Shown here: positions 14,214 to 22,368 of the stretch, piece by piece
Layout of the letters: each line of letters opens with the position of its first letter
How positions within the stretch are numbered: the stretch's first letter is position 1
NCBI GenBank assembly: GCA_004282745.1
Contig: SHMT01000009.1
Coordinates: 39,039 to 63,038 of the forward strand
Direction: 5' to 3'
DNA length: 24,000 nucleotides
DNA from: Candidatus Scalindua sp. SCAELEC01
GTDB lineage: Bacteria > Planctomycetota > Brocadiia > Brocadiales > Scalinduaceae
The notes under the pieces: model-generated
Databases searched by the model: none
Told to the model about the DNA's origin: nothing
The model's input: only the letters and a program-made list of their open reading frames with translations
Translations under genes and position numbers: made by a program

Positions 14214-16190
14214 TCATATCCCAAGCCCCTTCCTCTTTTTCTGGATATGGTTGATCATCGCCTTTGCCGATTCATCTGGATCTATCTCAATAAGGAGGGT
14301 ACTCCCCGTTATCTGCTCCAACTCCTTGGTAAGCATATTAATTACGTAGGGTGACCCGCTCAGCTTGGGCGTCACTCCAATGTGTGTGGTAATACCGAGG
14401 GCGATCACGCCCATGTAAATGGCAGCCGCCTTTTCCACAACGTGTTCAGCGGCACTTGCAACCAACGGAAGTTTATCGATGGAGGTCTCCAGGTAATCGG
14501 CAATTGAGGCCGCTAATACCGCACACCGTGAATTGTCAACGCATGAGCCAAAATGGAGGATAGGCGGCATTGAGCCATTTAGGCCCGCTGCCTTGCCAAT
14601 CGTATCTAAAGCACCACGTAATGATCCCCCAACGATGCTCTTCGCTTCACCCTTTAACAGGCCGTGTCTCGCACAAGCGGTAGCTGCACACCCTGTAGCA
14701 AGGACAAGAATATTATTCCTGAGAAGTTCCTTAGCGATGGTTACGAAACTCATATCTGTCTGGATCTTTGAAGACAAGCATCCTGCAATGACGGCTACCC
14801 CCTGGATAGATCCATCAATAATTAAATCTACCAACGGTTTCAGCGGTTTTTCCGGATTGAGGGTTTCAAGCACACCCATCAGTGCTTCTACAGAAAATCC
14901 TCCCAACAGGTCATGGCCTTTTGCCTTCGGCAAAAATGTTCGTTCCGGAACACGCTCTCTATACGCAGCAATTGCCTCTTCAACGATCCTCCCTGCCGCT
15001 TCCTGGGCATTATCTGGTGTAAATTCTATATAGATATCGTTGTCCATTCTGAGTTCTGGCATGGTCGTAATTAAGCGGGTATGAAGAGATTGCGTAATCG
15101 TTGAGAGTGATGGATAGACACACTGGACATCTACACACACGGCATCAACCAAACCAGTACCGACAACAAGTTCCTGCATAATCGTGCTACCGGCCATCGG
15201 GATCCCAAGCCTAACCAATACCTCAGTACCCGTACAACAGGTACCGACCACATTGATACCTTTGGCACCTACTCCCAAAGCCTTTTTCGTCAATTTGTTT
15301 GCCTGCGCAATAACCATCTCTGATAGTACGGGCACATGACCATGAACGAGGATATTCACTTTGTCCTTGTCTAAGGCATCCATCCCGATCCTACTCGGTT
15401 TTGGTGTTGGGACTCCAAGCAGGATATCTTGTAGCTGTGTTGAAATGTAGAGGGCCATCATATCGACCACACCAAATTTCAAACAGGAGAGGAGCAGATG
15501 TTTCGTACTGCTCATCATCCCCTGTGCAGTGCTATGCACACCCTGGACAATTGTCTCCGCTGCCCCTTTCTGAGGGATAAGGCCCGTTTCGACAAGTTTC
15601 TCTATCTTTTTTGGTGCCAGGGCTAGTGCAAAACTCATTGGACCCTCACCCGGTCCGACAAGATCTTCCATGGCCTTTTGTCCTATCTCTCTTGCGATTT
15701 CAAGGTTCTGTTTTTGCGCAATATTGATACCCAAATCTTTTGCAACCGCAAACAGTTTTTGCTCATCTTTTATGGGAAAATGGTCAGAACCTTCCGCCGC
15801 CTTAACAAATGTCCTCGCCACATGCAATGCGTGGCCAATATGAGAACTTGTCCCCCGCAATACCGTCTGCAAGAACATGCCGGCCACCATGCTATCCGCT
15901 GTCTTACCGCAAGAGCTCCGATTCACTTTCGGCACGGAAAACTTCAGGTGCAGAGGCAACTCTTCGCTTCCTAACCTGCATGGTCCAAGATTGCAGTTCC
16001 GACAACAGAGGCCGTGACTTCCAAATGAACATCTATCTCCCAAACCAAAAAGAGTCGAATCATACGCAGCTTGAACATCCCAAACGGTTTCAACACCCTC
16101 TGTTCGCAAAAATGCAACGGTCTCTTCAATTTGCTTATCGGCAACTCCTTTTCTACGTAATTCCTTCTCCTTTTCCAACCATTTTTGCAT
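14214..16190 (-). CDS. cooS: Anaerobic Ni-Fe carbon monoxide dehydrogenase catalytic subunit (CooS family)
   Basis: N-terminal cluster motif CSFGSHGLCCRNCNLGPCR...C. Candidate C-cluster ligand contexts: VHGHVPVLSE, VGTCCTGTE, VDVQCVYPS, IAGCLSS, LATGCAATA, HFGSCVDNSR. The ORF track starts at TTG 16223. ATG 16190 (MQKWLEKE...) has AAGGAGGAG 5 nt upstream. Confidence 0.88.
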   Translation of the reverse strand: MQKWLEKEKELRRKGVADKQIEETVAFLRTEGVETVWDVQAAYDSTLFGLGDRCSFGSHGLCCRNCNLGPCRLGSEELPLHLKFSVPKVNRSSCGKTADSMVAGMFLQTVLRGTSSHIGHALHVARTFVKAAEGSDHFPIKDEQKLFAVAKDLGINIAQKQNLEIAREIGQKAMEDLVGPGEGPMSFALALAPKKIEKLVETGLIPQKGAAETIVQGVHSTAQGMMSSTKHLLLSCLKFGVVDMMALYISTQLQDILLGVPTPKPSRIGMDALDKDKVNILVHGHVPVLSEMVIAQANKLTKKALGVGAKGINVVGTCCTGTEVLVRLGIPMAGSTIMQELVVGTGLVDAVCVDVQCVYPSLSTITQSLHTRLITTMPELRMDNDIYIEFTPDNAQEAAGRIVEEAIAAYRERVPERTFLPKAKGHDLLGGFSVEALMGVLETLNPEKPLKPLVDLIIDGSIQGVAVIAGCLSSKIQTDMSFVTIAKELLRNNILVLATGCAATACARHGLLKGEAKSIVGGSLRGALDTIGKAAGLNGSMPPILHFGSCVDNSRCAVLAASIADYLETSIDKLPLVASAAEHVVEKAAAIYMGVIALGITTHIGVTPKLSGSPYVINMLTKELEQITGSTLLIEIDPDESAKAMINHIQKKRKGLGI

Positions 16191-16316
16191 TTTCTCCTCC
16201 TTTTTTACAATTCGTTGTCCCAACGATACTTCAGTCTCTTTATCAATAACGACTTCCTAATAACCTCCGTTTTGATAGTAACAAAACAGGTTTTAAATGT
16301 CAAATTGTGAACTTTA

Positions 16317-16682
16317 GGGTCCAGGAAAGAATAACTTTACCATTTTATGGCGCTCCGGTTTAGGGTGCAGGAAAAAATAACTTGTTGTTTTATCGTGCTC
16401 AGTTTTATGTCAAATTTGGCCGATCTGACCGATCAGGATCGCAGGTGTAGCCTAAGCTGCAGCGAGGATGCTGCGAGTGAAGAGCGGCCGAAGGTGACCT
16501 GAAAATGAGATGCGAGAACAACAAGTTATTCTTTCCTGGGCCCTTAGGTCAGATTTGGTCGAGCTAATTGAGTTGAACCGCAAGCGTAGCCTGAGATACG
16601 TTGAGGATTCGGCGAATGAAGATCGGACAAAGATGGCCTGAAAATGAGATGCAAGAATGCAAAGTTATTCTTTCCTGAACCC
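16317..16682 (+). mobile_element. MITE-like element, older copy (182 bp of its own sequence), interrupted by insertion of a second copy
   Basis: Left part is 16317..16359 and right part is 16547..16682. Ends are GGGTCCAGGAAAGAATAACTTT and AAAGTTATTCTTTCCTGAACCC. TTA flanks both sides (16314-16316 and 16683-16685). Confidence 0.8.
16363..16543 (+). mobile_element. MITE-like element, copy B (181 bp), nested inside the older copy
   Basis: Ends are GGGTGCAGGAAAAAATAACTTGTTG and CAACAAGTTATTCTTTCCTGGGCCC, a ~25-bp TIR with 3 mismatches. TTA flanks both sides (16360-16362 and 16544-16546). Confidence 0.85.
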
Positions 16683-16715
16683 TTAACTGCTTCTACCCCT
16701 AAAAGGTAAATTTAT

Positions 16716-16744
16716 TTTACAATACACATAATGTTTGGTATAAA
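16716..16744 (+). promoter_or_regulatory. Sigma-70-like promoter candidate for the radical SAM gene
   Basis: TTTACA (16716-16721), 17 nt, TATAAA (16739-16744). It lies ~75 nt upstream of ATG 16819 and just downstream of the MITE cluster. Confidence 0.35.
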
Positions 16745-16818
16745 TAAGAACGAGTCTGAAAACCGTTGGTTTCCATTTTACAATTTGGTACTGCCAGGTT
16801 GAGCGTACAGAATAAGCT

Positions 16819-18291
16819 ATGAGGATAGTACTGTTTTCCATGCCGGATATGGTGCCGGCATTTAAGGGGTGGCGACCTCCCAATCTAGCCATATCTTCCA
16901 TTGCCGGGAATCTCAGGAACCACGATGTTTACCTGGCAGACCTGATCCTCGTGCGACAGAAACTTACCTCCGCTATCAAAAACACCCTCCTTACCTACAA
17001 ACCTGAACTTGTCGGTATCAGCTCGATGAGCTTCCAGTTCTACACTGCCAGACGTATCGCCTCCTTCATTAAAGAGCTTGATAGCAATATCAAGATTGTA
17101 TTGGGCGGATACCATGCGACTCTCATGTACAAAGAGATTGGGGAAGAAGAGGAGTCAGGCCCCTTTGACTTTATCCTTCGGGGTGAAAGCGATCTCAGCT
17201 TCGGAGAGCTCGTCAATTCCTTTGAAAAAAAAACCAGTTACAGAGATGTGAGGGGATTATCATTCCGGCAAGATGGAGTTTTTGTACATAATCAACCAAG
17301 ACCCATTGAAGATCTGACAAAAATAGCCTTGCCACAGAGGACAAATCGAATCTGGAAAGGATATACCTTTGGAGTTAAACAACTTGATATTGTAGAGACC
17401 TCCCGTGGCTGCACAATGCCATGCAATTTTTGCAGCATGAATCATATGTACGGAAGAAAATTCAGGACCTATGCGATCGAACGCGTTATCAAAGACATCT
17501 CCAATGCAAAAGAGCAGGGAGCTAAGTATCTGGCAATTGCAGATGATAATATCACCTTGAACACGAAAAGATTTGAGGAGCTCTGTGATGCTATCACTCA
17601 AGCTGGTCATAACGATATCCGTTACATCGTGCAAACATCCTGCTCGGGTATCGCATCCTCAAAAACCCTATCAGCAAAGATGGCACGTGCAGGTTTCGAA
17701 TTTGTTTTTCTCGGTATTGAAAATGTGTCTACACGAAATCTCAAGATGATGAAAAAGGGTAATATTTTAGAGAGTATAAAGCGAGCGGTGGACCTTCTCC
17801 ATAAGCACCATATGCTTATTATTGGAGGTATGATTATCGGAAACCAAGAAGACAGGGAAGAGGACATTGCCCAGAATTATGAATTCTTCGACAGACACAA
17901 TATTGATTTTATCAGTGACCAAATAATGACCCCATATCCTAAGACCATTATCAGAGAGGAGCTGATCAAGGCTGGCCTCGTCTCAAATCTAGAGGACTAT
18001 CGTAAGTACAACGGTTTTTGGGCAAATGTGAGATCACAGCATCTGAGTTCCGAAGATTTACAGTTCTTAAAATGGAAGTACAAACGGAAATACTCCACAT
18101 TTTTCAAAACAACCCCCTCTTTTAAGGCGAGGTTTCCGCTCGTTAATCTCCTGAGAGTTTTACTCCTCAGGCCATATTTTCGGATAAAGGATGGAACTCG
18201 TTCCTTGCTCAGGACTGAAAGGGAGATATTCCAGGAAGATATGGATAAGTTTAATCATTTGAATGATTTTAGAGAATTAGATAGTGTTTGA
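16819..18291 (+). CDS. B12-binding-domain radical SAM protein (class B)
   Basis: N-terminal cobalamin-binding-like Rossmann region (MRIVLFSMPD...VGISSMSFQFYTARRIASFIKE...IVLGGYHAT). Radical SAM CxxxCxxC motif (SRGCTMPCNFCSM). TIM-barrel elements follow (IADDNITLN, VFLGIENVS). Confidence 0.88.
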   Translation: MRIVLFSMPDMVPAFKGWRPPNLAISSIAGNLRNHDVYLADLILVRQKLTSAIKNTLLTYKPELVGISSMSFQFYTARRIASFIKELDSNIKIVLGGYHATLMYKEIGEEEESGPFDFILRGESDLSFGELVNSFEKKTSYRDVRGLSFRQDGVFVHNQPRPIEDLTKIALPQRTNRIWKGYTFGVKQLDIVETSRGCTMPCNFCSMNHMYGRKFRTYAIERVIKDISNAKEQGAKYLAIADDNITLNTKRFEELCDAITQAGHNDIRYIVQTSCSGIASSKTLSAKMARAGFEFVFLGIENVSTRNLKMMKKGNILESIKRAVDLLHKHHMLIIGGMIIGNQEDREEDIAQNYEFFDRHNIDFISDQIMTPYPKTIIREELIKAGLVSNLEDYRKYNGFWANVRSQHLSSEDLQFLKWKYKRKYSTFFKTTPSFKARFPLVNLLRVLLLRPYFRIKDGTRSLLRTEREIFQEDMDKFNHLNDFRELDSV

Positions 18292-18358
18292 AAACACTGG
18301 GTTTCCGTTCAAATATTAGGTAGTAAGACCCTTTAGTTCGTAATCATTAAAACAGAAA

Positions 18359-20980
18359 ATGGAAAATAATTTCTCATTTATTAAGGACGAAAAATTTGAT
18401 TCCAAGATGCTATACGATCCCTATATAACGGAGGCTTTTATTCCAAAAGAGTATAATTTAAAAACTTCCGGCAATACCCTTCAACTAGAAAACAAGAATG
18501 AATTACGACACGCTGTAGGGGTTGTTGCCGCTCGATCCCTAAAATATTTCAGCACCAATGGAGAAGATTTTAACATATTTCGCACCCGAAATATGGCCGT
18601 CTGGTGGCTGAGGCACATATACAATAGCTTTAACTGGTGGAAGGCTTATGTCGTAAATGCTGAGGGAGAACGAAAAGATATGCCTATGTTGTACATAGGA
18701 GAAAAATTTGGCTCTGCAACAGGTCATAAGGAAAGGGAGGCGGACATTGCACTCAGTGCCTTTGAGAACGCTCGCTGTATCGTTAATCCCGAATTTAAAG
18801 GGGGCTCAATTTTTGCCGTTGGGTACAGCAATAGGGGTGAATTGTTCAATTCACCTGATATGTACGGAACAAAGACCATTGTCGGAAACAAATATAGTGG
18901 AGCAGGCGTACGCGCAGATCTACCAGTTACACAAAATCTCACATTGATGGCTAAACATACACTGAAAAAGAGAAACGAAAAACCAACACCAGATAACATC
19001 CGAGCAGAAATCAAAAAGATGAGGATTCTGACTCTGGAGAGATCAAGACATAAAAAGCTTGCAGAAACCATATCAAAAATCGGAGCTACGGCAATTCTGG
19101 TTAAAGACGACGACCTCACGCCAACGTTCGCGGCAGCAAGAAACGAAATAGACCTTATTCTTGGAGTAGGGGGTGTTCCTGAAGCAGTGCTGAGCGGAAT
19201 AATAGTTGAACATTTTCGCGGTGAAATGACGTTGCGGATATTACCTGCCGAAGTTGCCCTGGAAGAAAAACTGCTCTGCAGACATGAGAATTGGGAAGAT
19301 TTTAGAAAAAATGAGATAGACACTTTGAAAAATTTCAAAATTGTGCGGCCCGGTAAACAAAAAGCGGGAGAAATGCCCTGGAATCGACTCCTTACTTCAA
19401 AAGAACTGGTAAAAGGGAAGAGCGCTGTTTTTACTGCCGGCATAATAAAAAAAAACCCCTGGATACAATTCCCTAATGGTAGCGAAGTCCCAGGGGTGAC
19501 CATTAATCCTGAAACGGGTGACGTTAAAGTACATGTCGTTCGTATTACCTGGAAGACTATTGAAATTATTCCCATTATCTACAAAACAACGATTGGTAAA
19601 TATAGGAGTGATTATGAGCGTGGCCAGCATTCAGACGGAGAAACGGGCGCACGCTTACTACTTGAATTAGGAAAGGCATATGCTGAGTTCGGTCTCTTCG
19701 AAGAGGCGCGGGATTGTGTGCAAAAAGCGAGAAAACAGTTTCCGGCAAAAAACGACTTAACTTTGAAATGTAATTCCGTTTACGAATACATTTCAGGAAT
19801 TGAGTTCCTTACAAAAGCGTCACTGCAAACTCCAAAAGAGATAATAGAACACTTTGCTAAGTCTGACTGCTTAGAAAAGGAGGAGAAGGATGCCCTGAGA
19901 GACAGGAAAATGTTTAAAAGGTTTTATGAATTTATGGGAGATAAAAACAGTCATGCAAAAAAATATAATGATGCGCTCTGTTGCTACAGAGAAGCCTTAC
20001 GATATAGACCCCATGAGTTGAAATTGCACCGAAAGGTTAACTCGATAGAGATGAGAGACATAATAACAGAGTACTTTCATCGAATTGACAAAATATACCG
20101 GGAATCAAACTATGAAGAGCCCGATGATTGGAATTGCCATAAACTTATCACGGCCCTTGAAGTTTTTTACGGTAGACCAAAATCGGTAATATTTTCATGC
20201 AGAAAACCCTGGCTAATATTTTTCAGGAGAACCGTATTGCATGGAGAAACACCTTCTCAAAAATTGGCAATTTTAATTACGCTCCTTAGATTATACAAGA
20301 CACTCTGCAGGGCAAACGACAATGATCTCTCCGCTTTATTGAATAATGAATTTCGAATAAATCCAGAAGAGACAATGATTATTTTAGCGTATAGAAAAAA
20401 CCGTACAATATTCGATTCTATAGAAAAACTCTATTTTGCACAGGGGTTGAATCGCAATTGCCTGACTAAGCTTCTTTTTCCTCGAGTAAAAGTGGCAAGC
20501 CGTAATGAGATAGAAGATTCCGAGATTCCACTGAGTATTAGCCTAGTAGAGGCTATGGAACAGAGGTGCAAAAATATCTTGGAAGAGCTTAAGGAGGGAT
20601 ACAAAGACGAAGCCCAAGAGCATTCATATGCTGTAGCAGAGGCCTACCATTATGTTGGCTTGGCACTTTATGATTCGGGGGACTGGAAAGGTTCAAAAAT
20701 TTATTATAACCAGGCAATAGATCGATTTCAGGAAATAATAGAAAAATTTGAAGGGATCACACCGGTAAATGCACAATATCGGATCGGTAATCTATATGAA
20801 GAGTTGGCCTTATTGTTTGAGACGGAACAAAAAGCCTATTACCGTAGAGCAAAAGCGGCATATTGGTGCATTATAGACGAAAAGAAGTCTATCGAACTGT
20901 TTGGTTCCATACGGGACCTCACCTATATAAGAACCGAACAAGCAAAAGACAAAGTAAAAAATATTGATAAAGATTTGTAA
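18359..20980 (+). CDS. Fusion of a GlpX-like (class II fructose-1,6-bisphosphatase) fold (~aa 50-420) with a ~440-aa TPR-like/helical-repeat C-terminal region
   Basis: It is collinear with GlpX: AEGERKDMPMLYIGEKFG, EADIALSAFENAR, SPDMYGTKTIVG, ILTLERSRHKKL, ILVKDDDL, LGVGGVPEAVLSGII..GEMTLRIL. The C-terminal half has TPR-like helix pairs (ARLLLELGKAYAEFGLFEEARDCVQKA, YNDALCCYREALRY, AEAYHYVGLALYDSGDWKGSKIYYNQAIDRF, YRIGNLYEE). Confidence 0.8.
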   Translation: MENNFSFIKDEKFDSKMLYDPYITEAFIPKEYNLKTSGNTLQLENKNELRHAVGVVAARSLKYFSTNGEDFNIFRTRNMAVWWLRHIYNSFNWWKAYVVNAEGERKDMPMLYIGEKFGSATGHKEREADIALSAFENARCIVNPEFKGGSIFAVGYSNRGELFNSPDMYGTKTIVGNKYSGAGVRADLPVTQNLTLMAKHTLKKRNEKPTPDNIRAEIKKMRILTLERSRHKKLAETISKIGATAILVKDDDLTPTFAAARNEIDLILGVGGVPEAVLSGIIVEHFRGEMTLRILPAEVALEEKLLCRHENWEDFRKNEIDTLKNFKIVRPGKQKAGEMPWNRLLTSKELVKGKSAVFTAGIIKKNPWIQFPNGSEVPGVTINPETGDVKVHVVRITWKTIEIIPIIYKTTIGKYRSDYERGQHSDGETGARLLLELGKAYAEFGLFEEARDCVQKARKQFPAKNDLTLKCNSVYEYISGIEFLTKASLQTPKEIIEHFAKSDCLEKEEKDALRDRKMFKRFYEFMGDKNSHAKKYNDALCCYREALRYRPHELKLHRKVNSIEMRDIITEYFHRIDKIYRESNYEEPDDWNCHKLITALEVFYGRPKSVIFSCRKPWLIFFRRTVLHGETPSQKLAILITLLRLYKTLCRANDNDLSALLNNEFRINPEETMIILAYRKNRTIFDSIEKLYFAQGLNRNCLTKLLFPRVKVASRNEIEDSEIPLSISLVEAMEQRCKNILEELKEGYKDEAQEHSYAVAEAYHYVGLALYDSGDWKGSKIYYNQAIDRFQEIIEKFEGITPVNAQYRIGNLYEELALLFETEQKAYYRRAKAAYWCIIDEKKSIELFGSIRDLTYIRTEQAKDKVKNIDKDL

Positions 20981-21114
20981 TGGCGGGCCGTTTTGTCATT
21001 GAAGAACTTAATCGTATCGCAAATACCCGAGAGAAATCCTTACCGATAGCTTGCCTCTTATACGAAGGGGAATGCACACAAAATTTGTGATAGTAAAAAC
21101 CAAATAACCGTAAA

Positions 21115-21169
21115 CTCTTTTCATGGAGAGACAGGCATTAACACCGAACCTATTCCGCTATGAAAAGAG
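21115..21169. terminator. 10-bp inverted repeat in the convergent intergenic region (candidate bidirectional terminator/hairpin)
   Basis: CTCTTTTCAT (21115-21124) and ATGAAAAGAG (21160-21169) are exact reverse complements with a 35-nt spacer. The site lies between the 3' ends of the GlpX-TPR gene and nifS. Confidence 0.3.
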
Positions 21170-21178
21170 GGATATTTT

Positions 21179-22357
21179 CTATCCACCGCTTCCCAGGGAA
21201 TCATCAAAAATCGGTGAAAGATCTTGTAATTTCTTAATAAGAGCCGGCAATCTTTCTAAGATATAATTAATTTCATCATCGGTACTATACCTGCTAAGAC
21301 TAAATCTAATCGCTCCCCTGCTTTGAGAGACCGGAGTTCCCATTGCTTGCAAAACATGCGAGGGTTCCGTTGAGCCCGTAGTACATGCTGAGCCAGATGA
21401 TGCAGCAATTCCTGCCATATCAAGCAACAACAAGATCGCTTCCCCTTCAACATATTCAAATGCAATATTGCTCGTATTGGGCAAGCGGCAACTCTTCTCT
21501 CCAATAATTTTCACCTTGGCAATACTCTCTTTCACACCTTTCTCCAGCTTATCCCTGAGATCCTTTACCCGGTTTGAATATTCTCCTATCGATGCCTTGG
21601 CTAATTCGCATGCCTTCCCCAAACCGATGATGGATGGTACGTTTTCTGTCCCACTGCGCCGATTGCTTTCTTGATGCCCACCAATAATTAAAGGGTTAAC
21701 CCGTACCCCTTTTCGGATGTAGAGGACGCCAATACCTTTTGGCGCATGCAGTTTGTGCCCCGAAAGTGATAAGAGATCAATATGACTGTTTCTTAAATTT
21801 ATCGGTATTTTGCCTATCGCCTGGACAGCATCACAGTGAAAGAGCACCCCTTTTTCTTTCACTATTCTACCAATCTCTTCAATAGGGAGAATAATACCCG
21901 TCTCATTATTTGCATGCATTATGGAAACGATTGCCGTGTTTTCTCGTATTGCCTCCCGTAACTCATCCAGATCAAGCATTCCATCTTTACCAACAGACAG
22001 TTCAGTAACTTCATAACCGTTTTTCCCAAAATATCTGCACAAATTTAAGACTGCCGGATGTTCAACCTTTGTAGTCACAACATGTCTTTTCTGAGGGTTT
22101 GCCTCTAAGGAAGAGTGTATGGCGTTGTTATTGCTTTCGGTCCCACAGCTTGTGAATACAATTTCAGAGGAATTAGCACCTAAGAGATCGGCGACCCTTT
22201 CCCTGGCAATATCAATTTTACCAGCAACTTGCCTCCCGAATGTATGCAAACTTGAAGGATTCCCATAAAATTCCTTAAAATATGGTAACATCTCTTCAAG
22301 GACACTACCATCAACTTGTGTTGTAGCGTTATTATCCACGTATACTAATCTCATCAT
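21179..22357 (-). CDS. nifS: Cysteine desulfurase (NifS/IscS class, PLP-dependent)
   Basis: VYVDNNATTQV, FTSCGTESNN, PLP-lysine context SLSGHKLHAPKGIGVLY, and active-site Cys loop SSGSACTTGSTEPSHVL. The ORF track starts at TTG 22366; ATGs at 22357 and 22354 follow GGAG. The start lies 11-14 nt from the upstream C-N hydrolase stop. Confidence 0.9.
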   Translation of the reverse strand: MMRLVYVDNNATTQVDGSVLEEMLPYFKEFYGNPSSLHTFGRQVAGKIDIARERVADLLGANSSEIVFTSCGTESNNNAIHSSLEANPQKRHVVTTKVEHPAVLNLCRYFGKNGYEVTELSVGKDGMLDLDELREAIRENTAIVSIMHANNETGIILPIEEIGRIVKEKGVLFHCDAVQAIGKIPINLRNSHIDLLSLSGHKLHAPKGIGVLYIRKGVRVNPLIIGGHQESNRRSGTENVPSIIGLGKACELAKASIGEYSNRVKDLRDKLEKGVKESIAKVKIIGEKSCRLPNTSNIAFEYVEGEAILLLLDMAGIAASSGSACTTGSTEPSHVLQAMGTPVSQSRGAIRFSLSRYSTDDEINYILERLPALIKKLQDLSPIFDDSLGSGG

Positions 22358-22368
22358 AATCTCCAAAT

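Noticed and set aside
14533-16249. 166-aa, 98-aa and 146-aa plus-strand ORFs (14533-15033, 15678-15974, 15809-16249)
   Set aside because: All are antisense to the cooS coding region, whose motifs run continuously on the minus strand. No recognisable domains.
16314-16685. Possible CRISPR array, because of repeated ~25-30-nt motifs
   Set aside because: The repeats are in inverted orientation (terminal inverted repeats). The sequences between them are homologous to each other rather than unique spacers. The structure is explained by nested MITEs.
18724-19575. 283-aa minus-strand ORF
   Set aside because: It is entirely antisense to the well-supported GlpX-like domain. The product is low-complexity, S/R/F-rich and has no motifs. 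It is a typical shadow ORF.
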